Below, one piece after another: positions 12,351 to 26,541 of a DNA stretch of 64,000 nt (positions within the stretch are counted from its first letter, which is position 1; every line of letters begins with the position of its first letter). The notes beneath the pieces were generated by a model. It ran no database searches. It was not told where the DNA came from and saw only the letters and a program-made list of their open reading frames with translations. The translations under genes and the position numbers were made by a program. The stretch is from the NCBI GenBank assembly GCA_950097015.1, contig CATNEN010000039.1:5394001-5458000 (forward strand), written 5' to 3'. The DNA comes from Macrostomum hystrix. Its lineage: Eukaryota; Animalia; Platyhelminthes.

Positions 12351-12916
12351 AGCAATCCTAAAATGGGCTGTGGTAATTAACCGCAGTTCAATAACTTTTT
12401 CCCCAAAAAGCAGTTTCTCGCCCTGATTTCTACAGCGTGGATTGAAGGCACGAAGCGAACCCCGCCAGTTGGTTTTGCTGGACTGACTTGTAGCTATTTC
12501 GGGGAGTCGGCTATGTTGAGTCTGCCCCAAAGTGGGTGCTTTTTGGCCTCTTCTTGATCGGCGTGTTTGCTCAGACTGATGAGGCTGCTGAGCAAGATTT
12601 CTTCGAATTCGCCAAACAAGCAGAAATTATGCGTTTTTGTGCCGCTTGAGAAATTAACAGACTTTTTGAGCAGAGTTTGAGCAGAATTTGGTGGCTCGCC
12701 AGAGGGTGGGGCTCTAGGGGAACAGCAATTTGGCTCAGCATCTGCTTCTGCTGCAGGACCTCCTAATTATCGAAGAGGCTGTGTGCTCACTGTGTGCTCA
12801 CAGTGTGCTTAGGAGATGCACAAAATGGCTTATCCACTGTGAGGGGTGGAGTTGCGAGTAAATGCTGCGGAGAAGTAAAAGTTACTTAGAGATGAGATCT
12901 GAATTCTTCGACAATG

Positions 12917-13730
12917 CTGAAAGGTACCTGAAGGGATCTCATCGATGAGACTGAAGTACCTGAAGGGATATTCTAGGTGAAGCTGAAGTACCTGAAAGGA
13001 TATTATCGGTGAGACTGAAGGACCTGAATATGAAATCATCGGTGAGACTGAAGTACCTGAAGGGAAATCATCGGTGAGACTGAAGTACCTGAAGGGAAAC
13101 CATCGGTGAGACTGAAGTACCTGAAGTGAAATCATCGGTGAGACTGAAGTACCTGAAGTGAAATCATCGGTGAGAGTGAAGTACCTGAAGGGAAATCATC
13201 GGTGAGACCGAAGTACCTGAAGGGAAATCATCGGTGAGACTGAAGTACCTGAAGTGAAATCATCGGTGAGAGTGAAGTACCTGAAGGGAAATCATCGGTG
13301 AGACCGAAGTACCTGAAGGGAAATCATCGGTGAGACTGAAGTACCTGAAGTGAAATCATCGGTGAGACTGAAGTACCTGAAGTGAAATCATCGGTGAGAC
13401 TGAAGTACCTGAAGTGAAATCATCGGTGAGAGTGAAGTACCTGAAGGGAAATCATCGGTGAGACCGAAGTACCTGAAGGGAAATCATCGGTGAGACTGAA
13501 GTACCTGAAGTGAAATCATCGGTGAGAGTGAAGTACCTGAAGGGAAATCATCGGTGAGACCGAAGTACCTGAAGGGAAATCATCGGTGAGACTGAAGTAC
13601 CTGAAGGGAAATCATCGGTGAGAGTGAAGTACCTGAAGGGAAATCATCGGTGAGACCGAAGTACCTGAAGTGAAATCATCGGTGAGACTGAAGTTCCTGA
13701 CGGGAAGTCATTGTGACTCAAACGAAGTAC
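12917..13730. repeat. 32-bp minisatellite (GTACCTGAAGKGAAATCATCGGTGAGACTGAA)n
   Basis: Direct tandem repetition. Confidence 0.96.
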
Positions 13731-14364
13731 TTTGCCGGACAGCAGAAACGTAAAAGAAAGTTAATATTTGATGAAATCGATGAGCAGGCACCTGATTCTC
13801 TGATTCATGGAAATGCAAATAAGCCAGTCCTAAAATGCAAATACCAAAATACCTTGCCAATAAACGACTGAGATCATTCAATGCTACTGCTCACGATGAA
13901 GAATAAATGTGCTTTCAGGGGCCAAATGAATATGAAATTTTGTTGCCATCTTCAAGAACAGGAGCTGAGAAAAAATTCAAATCGATGGGTGAAAAATGTC
14001 TTCAGCTAAAGAATCACAACTGCTTTGGCTAGACATGATGAAGCTTTCGGGTTGCTTGCGGTCAAGTGTTTGCAGATCTGCTCCGGGCATAGAGATAGCT
14101 TTGCAATTCATGAAATTTATGAAACACTGCTGTAGGGGTGGCCTCAGAAACCCTTATCAGTGTACTTTTAGTTATTTTAATTATCAGGATTATTCAAAAC
14201 AGAATCTTTGAAATTATTATTCGATGTAAAAAAAACTATTGTCTTAGCTGTTCTCGATGAAAAAAGGTAGATTTGTCTATGGCACGAAAAAAACACTTCA
14301 AAATTCAAAAGCGGAGATTAGCAAAATAATAGGATATTAACAAATCCGTTTTCTAATCTATCCC

Positions 14365-14743
14365 CACGGATGAAGGATTAGAATGGATTGCTAATCTATC
14401 CTCACAGATGAAGTATTAGAGTAGAATGGATTGCTAATCTAATCTCACAGATGAAGGATAAGAATGGACTGCTAATCTACTCTCACGGATGAAGGATAAG
14501 AATGGACTGCTAATCTACTCTCACGGATGAAGGATAAGAATGGACTGCTAATCTACTCTCACGGATGAAGGATAAGAATGGACTGCTAATCTACTCTCAC
14601 GGATGAAGGATAAGAATGGACTGCTAATCTACTCTCACGGATGAAGGATAAGAATGGACTGCTAATCTACTCTCACGGATGAAGGATAAGAATGGACTGC
14701 TAATCTATCCTCACAGATGAAGGATTATAATGGATTGCTAATC
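14365..14743. repeat. 38-bp minisatellite (CACGGATGAAGGATAAGAATGGACTGCTAATCTACTCT)n
   Basis: About 10 units; matches the terminus of the MITE at 54329-54987. Confidence 0.95.
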
Positions 14744-15380
14744 CAGAGACAGTGAAGTGTCAGAGTACACCAGACGTAGCAGCAGAGCTGGTCGCAAAAT
14801 GTCATCTTCTCACCTGAGATGCCAATCACGTATTTCTGGCTGAGCAAAAGCAGCAGACAATGCACCGTTAGCTGGCTGCTTTGCAGCATGTCGGCAAGTC
14901 CGATGCTTTTCCGACTCAGACTTGGCGGTGTTTTCAATTGGCCTTACCTGCAGATTGGATTAACAAAATCGATTAGGATTAAGATCCCAGATCCCATCCA
15001 AGAGCTGGCGTGAGGTGTGAACTGAGGAGGGTGACCAGGCACACAGGTTGGATTTCACACTCGCGGCAACGGATTGTGATGTTTCAGAATGGACAAAAAG
15101 GATTCAGTAGAGCTGTGTTGACTGTGCCTTGCTTATTCTTGGCTTGTTCTTTGGGCTAGGAAGCGAAACGATATGGTTTTCAGTCTTTCACGATCCTGCA
15201 CTAGAAGACTTCAATTGATAGCGCTAATTCCGTGGCAATAGGCCAGCCAATCACAGACACTAGCGGTTTTGACACCCATTGGACGAAACTCAAACAGGAA
15301 AGTGTGAGAAGAGAAGGCCAATAGACTGGCTTCTTGACGAGAATCTGAGCACCCAACTATAACATTTCGTTTGGAAATTC

Positions 15381-16350
15381 GATGATTCAGTCACTCCCTC
15401 AGTCAATGATTCAGTCACTCCCTCAGTCAATGTTTCAGTCACTCCCTCAGTCAATGTTTCAGTCACCCCCTCAGCCAATGATTCAGTCACTCCCTCAGCC
15501 AATGATTCAGTCACTCCCTCAGTCAATGTTTCAGTCACTCCCTCAGCCAATGATTCAGTCACTCCCTCAGCCAATGATTCAGTCACTCCCTCAGCCAATG
15601 ATTCAGTCACTCCCTCAGCCAATGATTCAGTCACTCCCTCAGTCAATGATTCAGTCACTCCCTCAGTCAATGATTCAGTCACTCCCTCAGCCAATGATTC
15701 AGTCACTCCCTCAGCCAATGATTCAGTCACTCCCTCAGCCAATGATTCAGTCACTCCCTCAGCCAATGATTCAGTCACTCCCTCAGCCAATGATTCAGTC
15801 ACTCCCTCAGTCAATGATTCAGTCACTCCCTCAGTCAATGATTCAGTCACTCCCTCAGTCAATGTTTCAGTCACTCCCTCAGCCAATGATTCAGTCACTC
15901 CCTCAGCCAATGATTCAGTCACTCCCTCAGCCAATGATTCAGTCACTCCCTCAGCCAATGATTCAGTCACTCCCTCAGCCAATGATTCAGTCACTCCCTC
16001 AGTCAATGATTCAGTCACTCCCTCAGTCAATGTTTCAGTCACTACCACAGTAAGCCCCTCCTTCAGTCAATGATTCAGTCACTCCCCCAGTCAATTTTTC
16101 AGTCACTCCCTCAGTCAATGATTCAGTCACTCCCTCAGCCAATGATTCAGTCACTCCCTCAGCCAGTGATTCAGTCACTCCCTCAGCCAATGATTCAGTC
16201 ACTCCCTCAGCCAATGATTCAGTCACTCCCTCAGTCAATGATTCAGTCACTCCCTCAGCCAATGATTCAGTCACTCCCTCAGTCAATGATTCAGTCACTC
16301 CCTCAGCCAATGATTCAGTCACTCCCTCAGCCAATGATTCAGTCACTCCC
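15381..16350. repeat. 24-bp minisatellite (AATGATTCAGTCACTCCCTCAGYC)n
   Basis: Direct tandem repetition. Confidence 0.97.
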
Positions 16351-16892
16351 TATTTCTTTGTCAATGAAATGTATTTTATTATTTTATAATCTAATCCAAA
16401 AGCTTTACGTTTCGCAGCGCAGATTGCACTACCCGCAGAATAAAAGCGTCAGATTAAGGATGTCTGGAAAAACAGAAATTCCTATTAAAAGACATCATTT
16501 TGAACGCAAAAACAATACCAATATTCAAAATTTATTATCGATTTTGTCAAAAGCCAGAGAAACACAAACGGGCTCTCGTTAGTGCCAAATTCAAAATATT
16601 ATCAACTCGGGAATGATTGCGAAGTGGCACTCACGGAGCTTGACTTGGCAAAAGAAGAACAGAATTTCTGTGGCTTCAGCGAGACACAGAATCTAATCTG
16701 ATTCATTGAGTTCCAGCATATTTAGCCTCGCGTCAATATGAAGACAGCCAAACAGAAGGGCCCGGACTAGGGGGACGTCTAAAAGTGCGAGCGCAGACCG
16801 ATTGATGCTCCTGATTTGATGCTTGACTCGGCCGGCTAAATATGAATTTTATTACTAGAACTCAACAACTACTCATATTCTCACCGAATGTG

Positions 16893-17857
16893 CATAGATC
16901 CCATCCATCTGCGAGTAGACTCGATCCCATCTGTGAGTACACTAGATCCCATCTGTGAGTACACTAGATCCCATCTGTGAGTACACTAGATCCCATCTGT
17001 GAGTACACTAGATCCAATCTGTGAGTACACTAGATCCCATCTGTGAGTACACTAGATCCCATCTGTGAGTACACTAGATCCAATCTGTGAGTACACAAGA
17101 ACCCATCTGTGAGTACACTAGATCCCATCTGTGAGTACACTAGATCCCATCTGTGAGTACACTAGATCCCATCTGTGAGTACACTAGATCCCATCTGTGA
17201 GTACACTAGATCCAATCTGTGAGTACACTAGATCCCATCTGTGAGTACACTAGATCCCATCTGTGAGTACACTAGATCCAATCTGTGAGTACACAAGAAC
17301 CCATCTGTGAGTACACCATATCCCATCTGTGAGTACACTAGATCCCATCTGTGAGTACACTAAATCCAATCTGTGAGTACACTAGATCCCATCAGTGAGC
17401 AGACTAGATCACATCAGTGAGCAGACTAGATCCCATCAGTGAGCAGACTAGATCCCATCTGTGAGTACACTAGATCCCATCTGTGAGTACACTAGATCCC
17501 ATCTGTGAGTACACTAGATCCCATCTGTGAGTACACTAGATCCCATCCTTGAGTACACTGGATCCCATCTGTGAGTACACTAGATCCCATTTGTGAGCAG
17601 ACAAGATCCTATCTGTAAGTACACTTGATCCCATCTGTAAGTACACTAGATCCCATTTGTGAGCAGACAAGATCCCATCTGTAAGTACACTTGATCCTAT
17701 CTGTAAGTACACTTGATCCCATCTGTAAGTACACTAGATCCCATCTGTGAGTACACTAGATCCCATCTGTGAGCAGACTAGATCCGATCATCTGTGAGCA
17801 GACTAGATGCCATCTGTGAGCAGACTAGATGCCATCTGTGAGCAGACTAGATCCCAT
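16893..17857 (+). repeat. 22-bp minisatellite (CTAGATCCCATCTGTGAGTACA)n, left arm of an inverted pair
   Basis: Direct tandem repetition. Confidence 0.96.
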
Positions 17858-18470
17858 TAATAGCATTTGTGTCAAGATAAGTTGCAGTAATCTAACTGTG
17901 TTTACCGAGTACATCCATGAAATGCGCAGATCAGAGCCCAAATATTTTAGTCCTGATTTTTAAGCACCCTTCACTAACAGCCATAGTTTTCTGATCCCAT
18001 TCAAGGCATCTTCAGTGTTCTCCAAGATACAACACCGATGCCATACAACTCGCTGCCAGAGTGGGATCAGGTTGAGCAATGCTTGACTGTCAAAAACGAA
18101 GTCAGAAGCGAGGAGCCACACACACAGCCCACTTGACCAGCCTGTGCAGCATCCAAGGATTTGAGAGGCCAAACATCAACGAATGAAGAAGTGGGGAGAT
18201 GTTGTAGGATAAAAATCCCAATCCATTAGGGCATCAAGCATTAATCAGCTGTGACAGAAGCGAAGCGTCCTGTACCGAGCGCCACTTTTCTGGATCCTCT
18301 TTTAGATTTCTCTCACGGGGAAGGCGAAGGCGAAGGTGTTCCGACTGTCTGGAGCTGCCAGGTTTCTGTTCAAACACTGCTAATTTGCCTCTCCGCCTCC
18401 ATTTGACTGATTAACTTGCTCAACTGGCTCTGCCGCTTTGGATAAGCTGGTCTTACTTGAAGAACTGCTC

Positions 18471-19312
18471 ACTGATGGGATCTAGTCTACTCACAGATGG
18501 GATCTAGTCTACTCACAGATGGGATCTAGTCTGCTCACAGATGGGATCTGGTCTGCTCACAGATGGGATCTGGTCTGCTCACAGATGGGATCTAGTGTAC
18601 TCACAGATGGGATCTGGTCTACTCACAGATGGGATCTGGTCTACTCACAGATGGGATCTGGTCTACTCACAGATGGGATCTAGTCTGCTCACAGATGGGA
18701 TCTAGTCTACTCACAGATGGGATCTAGTGTACTCACAGATGGGATCTGGTCTGCTCACAGATGGGATCTAGTCTGCTCACAGATGGGATCTAGTCTGCTC
18801 ACAGATGGGATTTGGTCTGCTCACGGATGGGATTTAGTGTACTCACAGATGGGATCTAGTGTACTCACAGATGGGATCTAGTGTACTCACAGATGGGATC
18901 TAGTGTACTCACAGATGGGATCTAGTGTACTCACAGATGGGATCTAGTGTACTCACAGATGGGATCTAGTGTACTCACAGATGGGATCTAGTGTACTCAC
19001 AGATAGGATCTAGTGTACTCAGAGATGGGATCTGGTCTACTCACAGATGGGATCTAGTGTACTCACAGATGGGATCTGGTCTACTCACAGATGGGATCTA
19101 GTCTGCTCACAGATGGATGGGATCGAGTCTACTGACAGATGGGATCTAGTCTGCTCAAAGATGGGATCTAGTCTGCTCACAGATGGATGGGATCGAGTCT
19201 ACTGACAGATGGGATCTAGTCTGCTCACAGATGGATGGGATCGAGTCTACTGACAGATGGGATCTAGTCTGCTCAAAGATGGGATCTAGTCTGCTCACAA
19301 ATGGATTAAATC
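18471..19312 (-). repeat. Same 22-bp minisatellite in reverse orientation (TGTACTCACAGATGGGATCTAG)n, right arm
   Basis: Reverse complement of the 16893-17857 unit. Confidence 0.96.
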
Positions 19313-19923
19313 TAGTATATTCATCGCCGAAAACTTTTCCCTTCCGACCAGCAAACGCCACATGTCTATCTGCGGCTTTGGAATGAATTTGCTGTTACAA
19401 AAAAGCGGGCTCAGCCAATAAATAAATAATGGGTCTAACTGAAATGTCTGAGTGCCGTCAGCTCCGGCGCACATTAGGCGCCAAGCTGAGCACTTCTCAC
19501 TTCTAACTCGCCCGTGCGACTTCCCTAGTGCGTTGAGTTGCCTTTTCTAAATGCCCATAAGAAAAAAAACTACTAATTGAGTCGGCAGATTCTACTGCAC
19601 GGCCTACGATGACAACACAGAAGCTGCGGCCAATTCTCACCAGCCCCAATTCTTCATCAGCTCCGACAGAAAAATGCTGCTATGCTTCTCACACTGAGCT
19701 CATTTGCTATACTTTCTCTTACTCCAAGTCCTTACCCTCAAATAGGCCTCCATTCCTAGCTAAATATTTTCTTGGCCAAGTGGCTTAGGAGAATATTTTT
19801 CTTTTTTTTTATTTTAGAGCTAGAGCTTGTATGCGATTGGCTGGCTTAAGAAAATTAAATATACTGATTGACTATTCATTCCCGTTCTTTAATTGGTTCT
19901 TTATAGCTACCTTGAATGTCACA

Positions 19924-21191
19924 CACTGAATGGTACTGATAAGATACTGAATGGTACTGATAAGATACTGAATGGTACTGATAAGATACTGAATGGTACT
20001 GACAACTCACTGAATGGTACTGATAACTCACTGAATGGTACTGATAAGATACTGAATGGTACTGATAAGATACTGAATGGTACTGACAAGATACTGAATG
20101 GTACTGATAAGATACTGAATGGTACTGATAAGATACTGAATGGTACTGATAAGATACTGAATGGTACTGATAAGATACTGAATGGTACTGATAAGATACT
20201 GAATGGTACTGATAAGATACTGAATGGTACTGATAAGATACTGAATGGTACTGATAAGATACTGAATGGTACTGACAAGATACTGAATGGTACTGATAAG
20301 ATACTGAATGGTACTGATAAGATACTGAATGGTACTGACAACTCACTGAATGGTACTGATAACTCACTGAATGGTACTGATAACTCACTGAATGGTACTG
20401 ATAACTCACTGAATGGTACTGATAAGATACTGAATGGTACTGATAAGATACTGAATGGTACTGATAAGATACTGAATGGTACTGACAAGATACTGAATGG
20501 TACTGATAAGATACTGAATGGTACTGATAAGATACTGAATGGTACTGACAACTCACTGAATGGTACTGATAACTCACTGAATGGTACTGATAAGACACTG
20601 AATGGTACTGACAAGATACTGAATGGTACTGATAAGATACTGAATGGTACTGATAAGATACTGAATGATACTGATAAGATACTGAATGGTACTGATAAGA
20701 TACTGAATGGTACTGATAAGATACTGAATGGTACTGATAAGATACTGAATGGTACTGATAAGATACTGAATGGTACTGATAAGATACTGAATGGTACTGA
20801 TAAGATACTGAATGGTACTGATAAGATACTGAATGATACTGATAAGATACTGAATGGTACTGATAAGATACTGAATGGTACTGATAACTCACTGAATGAC
20901 ACTGATAACTCACTGAATGATACTGATAACTCACTGAATGATACTGATAACTCACTGAATGACACTGATAACTCACTGAATGATACTGATAACTCACTGA
21001 ATGATACTGATAACTCACTGAATGATACTGATAACTCACTGAATGACACTGATAACTCACTGAATGATACTGATAACTCACTGAATGATACTGATAACTC
21101 ACTGAATGATACTGATAACTCACTGAATGGTACTGATAAGATACTGAATGACACTGATAACTCACTGAAGGACACTGATAAGCCACTGAAG
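19924..21191. repeat. 21-bp minisatellite (ACTGAATGGTACTGATAAGAT / ...AACTC)n
   Basis: Direct tandem repetition with two unit variants. Confidence 0.97.
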
Positions 21192-21779
21192 GTTTACCAT
21201 TTCATCGTCCATCTGTTACAATCTTGTCGAATCCTGATCCAGGACTCTAAATAGGGACTCTAAAACAGGCATTAAATGAAAACTCTTGAGGAAAGGCATC
21301 GCCGTTCAGCCGTGAGTGGCTGAGAGACGAACTCGGTCGGCCCCTTCAAAAGCCCATTTGGGAAATACCCAACCCGCGGGGCTGTTTTTTAGGGATGTAA
21401 CTTAATTCCTTCAACTGGCTGGCCACGGAATCCTCTTTTCTAAGAAATCTGATGCCTTAAGTCCGAAAATTGGACTCTCTAATGGCTCGCTAACACAGCT
21501 CAGAAGAGAAGAATGAAGTCCGAAGTGGCAGTAGAAGAGAGTTTAGACGACTCCTATCAAGGCCTGTCTGTCTGTCTGGCTGGCTGGCTGGCTGGCAACA
21601 CAAAGCTTGAAATTGAGAAGCCAAGTCCATCCGATTCGTAAAAAAGTGTTAAACTGTTCAATTCATACTACTGATCAAGACGCTGATAATAGTATCTAGA
21701 GGATATTCACATCATTTGGTGATTAAAAAATTATATGATTTCATAGAAAACTCAGAAATAGTTTGGATGACTCATTTAA

Positions 21780-23520
21780 CCCTTCAGGCATCTATCCCCC
21801 TCAATCCTTCAGGCATCCATTATCCCCACAGTACTTCAGGCATCTATTATCCCCTCAGTCCTTCAGGTATCTATTATCCCCTCAGTCTTTCAGGCATCTA
21901 TTATCCCCTCAGTATTTCAGGCATCTATTATCCCCTCAGTCTTTCAGGCATCTATTTTCCCCACAGTACTTCAGGCATCTATTATCCCCTCAGTCCTTCA
22001 GGTATCTATTATCCCCTCAGTCTTTCAGGCATCTATTATCCCCTCAGTCTTTCAGGCATCTATTTTCCCCACAGTACTTCAGGCATCTATTATCCCCTCA
22101 GTCCTTCAGGCATCTATTATCCCCTCAGTCCTTCAGGCACCCACAGTCCCCTCAGTCCTTTAGGCACCCACTGTCCCCTCAGTCCTTCAGGTATCTATTA
22201 TCCCCTCAGTCTTTCAGGCATCTATTATCCCCTCAGTCCTTCAGGTATCTATTATCCCCTCAGTCTTTCAGGCATCTATTATCCCCTCAGTCTTTCAGGC
22301 ATCTATTATCCCCTCAGTCTTTCAGGCATCTATTTTCCCCACAGTACTTCAGGCATCTATTATCCCCTCAGTCCTTCAGGCAACTATTATCCCCTCAGTC
22401 CTTCAGGCACCCACAGTCCCCTCAGTCCTTTAGGCACCCACTGTCCCCTCAGTCCTTCAGGTATCTATTATCCCCTCAGTCTTTCAGGCATCTATTATCC
22501 CCTCAGTCCTTCAGGTATCTATTATCCCCTCAGTCTTTCAGGCATCTATTATCCCCTCAGTCTTTCAGGCATCTATTTTCCCCTCAGTCCTTCAGGTATC
22601 TTTTATCCCCTCAGTCCTTCAGGTATCTATTATCCCCTCAGTCCTTCAGGTATCTATTATCCCCTCAGTCTTTCAGGCACCTATTATCCCCTCAGTCCTT
22701 CAGGTATCTATTATCCCCTCAGTCTTTCAGGCACCTACTGTCCCCTCAGTCCTTCAGGCATCTATTATCCCCTCAGTCCTTCAGGCACCCACAGTCCCCT
22801 CAGTCCTTCAGGCACCTACTGTCCCCTCAGTCCTTCAGGCATCTATTATCCCCTCAGTCCTTCAGGCACCCACAGTCCCCTCAGTCCTTTAGGCACCCAC
22901 TGCCCCCTCAGTCCTTCAGGTATCTATTATCCCCTCAGTCTTTCAGGCACCTATTATCCCCTCAGTCCTTCAGGTATCTATTATCCCCTCAGTCTTTCAG
23001 GCACCTACTGTCCCCTCAGTCCTTCAGGCATCTATTATCCCCTCAGTCTTTCAGGCACCTACTGTCCCCTCAGTCCTTCAGGCATCTATTATCCCCTCAG
23101 TCCTTCAGGCACCCACAGTCCCCTCAGTCCTTCAGGCACCTACTGTCCCCTCAGTCCTTCAGGCATCTATTATCCCCTCAGTCCTTCAGGCACCCACAGT
23201 CCCCTCAGTCCTTCGGGCACCTACTGTCCCCTCAGTCCTTCAGGCATCTATTATCCCCTCAGTCCTTCAGGCACCCACAGTCCCCTCAGTCCTTTAGGCA
23301 CCCACTGCCCCCTCAGTCCTTCAGGAACCTACTGTCCCCTCAGTCCTTCAGGAACCTACTGTCCCCTCAGTCCTTCAGGCACCTACTGTCCCCTCAGTCC
23401 TTCAGGCACCTACTGTCCCCTCAGTCCTTCAGGAACCTACTGTCCCCTCAGTCCTTCAGACATCTATTATCACCTCAGTCCTTCAGGCATCTATTATCCC
23501 CTCAGTCCTTCAGGCATCCC
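21780..23520. repeat. 27-bp minisatellite (CCCCTCAGTCCTTCAGGCATCTATTAT)n
   Basis: Direct tandem repetition; 9-aa periodic ORFs in two frames. Confidence 0.96.
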
Positions 23521-24079
23521 ATGATTCCTGAAGGAATCAGCTGTTTCGCAAATGTCTCCAAAAAACGGTGCATCGATCTGGTGCAGGCTCGCTGCCTCAC
23601 TCTCTTGCAACGTCAGTCGCGTGGAAAATTGAGGACAGTAAAGTAGGATAGATAAAGCGGAGAGTTGGGAAGATGGGGTGGAAAGTGGAGAGGGGAAAAC
23701 AGGGAAGACATCAGACGGAGATGAGGTTTGATGGCTGAGCTGTTATTCCTCCTGGTTGGCCAAGCAAATTTTGGTTCGACTCCCTCCCGCCGCCAAGTGG
23801 GTCGGAGGCAGCTGAGAGACGCGATGCGATGTGGCATTTCGGAACCAGATTCAATGAGTTCTTCAGCTCATCATAGCCAAGGGCCAGATGCTCAGCTGAC
23901 TAGCTGAGGCTCTGCACATTTCTCTGGGGGGCGCATGGGAAAACTTTACTGGAGAGCGATGTCTCCGATGCTAAACTAAACATATTTTTATAGTCAATTC
24001 TTCGTTATTATATATAGATTCACAGCAGTAGGAAATCTACACGGTTAACTACAGCTTGGGTAGCTTTAAGGTTGCACTC

Positions 24080-25080
24080 TGATGCTTTGGGGTTGCCCAC
24101 CGATGCTTTGGGATTTCCCACAGATGCTTTGGGGTTGCCCACCGATGCTTTGGGATTTCCCACAGATGCTTTGGGGTTGCCCACAGATGCTTTGAGATTT
24201 CCCACAGATACTTTGGGGTTGCCCACCGATGCTTTGGGATTTCCCACAGATGCTTTGGGATTTCCAACCGATGCTTTGGAATTTCCAACCGATGCTTTGG
24301 GATTTCCAACCGATGCTTTGGAATCTTCCCCTCATGCTTTGGGATTTCACACGTATGCTTTGGGGTTTCCAACAGATGCTTTGGGATTCTCACATTTGAT
24401 TTCGGGGTTGTTCCACATACGCTTCAATGTTGCCAACTGATGCTCTGGAATTCCCCACAGATGCTTTGGGATTTTCCCACAGATGCTATGGGATGTTCCC
24501 ACAGATGCTTTGCGATTTCCCCACATATGCTTTGGGATTTCCGCACAGGTGCTTTGGGATTTCCCACAGATGCTTTGGGATTTTCCCACAGATGCTTTGC
24601 GATTTCCCCACATATGCTTTGGGATTTCCGCACAGGTGCTTTGGGATTTCCCACAGATGCTTTGCGATTTCCCCACATATGCTTTGGGATTTCCGCACAG
24701 GTGCTTTGGGATTTCCGCAAAGATGCTTTGGGATTTCCCCACAGATGCTTTGCGATTTCCCCACAGATGCTTTGGGATTTCCGCACAGGTGCTTTGGGAT
24801 TTCCCACAGATGCTTTGCGATTTCCCCACATATGCTTTGGGATTTCCGCACAGGTGCTTTGGGATTTCCGCAAAGATGCTTTGGGATTTCCCCACAGATG
24901 CTTTGGGATTTCCCCACAGATGCTTTGCGATTTCCCCACATATGCTTTGGGATTTCCGCACAGGTGCTTTGTGATTTCCCACAGATGCCTTGGGATTTCC
25001 CCACAGATGCTTGGGATTTCTCCACAGATGCTTTGGGATTTCCCCACAGATGCTTGGGATTTCCCCTGATGCTTTAGGAT
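24080..25080. repeat. About 21-22-bp minisatellite (CCCACAGATGCTTTGGGATTT)n
   Basis: Two sub-arrays of the same unit. Confidence 0.95.
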
Positions 25081-25454
25081 TGCCTATTTATGTTTTAGGG
25101 CTACCCACTGGTGTGATTATTGGATGAAATCGACTGCACCAGAAGGAAAGATGGGACTAGTTTACGAGCGCATTTACCTCTCCCGGTGGGAACCCGAAGA
25201 GATAACGAGACTTGAAAAGTCTAAAAAATTCAGCTGATCCCACAACGATAGCCAACTAACTCGGTCGGAATGCCCTGTGGTAGGCTGCAGTGTCTGGCCC
25301 ATTCTGGCGCCGAAAATTGACATTTTTCAAAGTTCAATCCTGCAGCGAGGGTCACAGTCGTTCAGGTGGAAGGAGCCCTCAGTGCTTAATGCGTGAAATG
25401 CATTGAGGGATATTTTAGAGAGATTCGAGGAGCGAATGATTAGAAGAAGGTTTT

Positions 25455-26098
25455 AGGGATCAGGAGAGGATTTCAGGGATCAGTAGAGGATTTCAGGGAT
25501 CAGGAGAGGATTTCAGGGATCAGTGGAGGATTTCAACGATCAGTAGAGGATTTCAGGGATCCCGAAAGAGGATTTCAGGGATCAGACAAGGATTTCAGGG
25601 ATCACGAGAGAGGATTTCACGGATCAGATAAGGATTTCAGGGATCAAGAGAGAGGATTTCAGGGATCAGGAGAGGATTTCAGGGATCAGGAGAGGATTTC
25701 AGTGATCAGGAGAGGATTTCAGGGATCAGAAAAGGATTTCAGGTATCACGAAAGAGGATTTCAGGGATCAGAAAAGGATTTCAGGGATCAATAGAGGATT
25801 TCAGGGATCAGAAAAGGATTTCAGGGATCACGAGAGAGGATTTCAGGGATCAGAAAAGGATTTCAGGGATCATGAGAGAGGATTTCAGGGATCAGAAAAG
25901 GATTTCAGGGATCAGAAAAGGATTTCAGGGATCACGAGAGAGGATTTCAGGGATCAGAAAAGGATTTCAGGGATCACGAGAGAGGATTTCAGGGATCAGA
26001 AAAGGATTTCAGGGATCAGAAAAGGATTTAAGGGATCAGAAAAGGATTTCAGGAATCACGAGAGAGGATTTCAGGGATCAGAAAAGGATTTCAGGGAT
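25455..26098. repeat. 20-23-bp minisatellite (AGGATTTCAGGGATCAGAAA)n
   Basis: Direct tandem repetition. Confidence 0.95.
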
Positions 26099-26541
26099 GA
26101 GGATGGTTCCCAAACTGATTGTTTCACTGACTACATAAATTCTGAACTCATAATAAAATAATACTTTACTTACAAAGCACGCCCACCGAATCACGGAGAA
26201 TCAGCAGTGTGTTGCTAGCTCTAGTTGTCCATCATTTAGGCCAAATGTTTTCCTCCGATGCCTCCTCGATACAAATCTGCTATTTACAAGTGATTCCTGG
26301 CGCAGTCCTGCGAAAAAAAGTTGTGTTTAGTTAGGCAAAATTTTGCTTTAAAATTATTCTACAAATAACAGTGCACAGTCAGTTTCCGTTCTGTACCGAT
26401 CAGTTGGCTTTTGGCTCGAAAATTTGCAGGAAGGAAATTTCTAAGAAAACTAGATTTTTCTTATCATAACTGCGTTTATTGACAAGACAATGAATAGAGA
26501 ATGATTAAGAAAGCTTAATTTAATGAAAATAATTTATTCGA

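Noticed and set aside
12575-12620. CTGATGA hammerhead-like core (also near 53707 and reverse-strand cases)
   Set aside because: No stem II followed by GAAA
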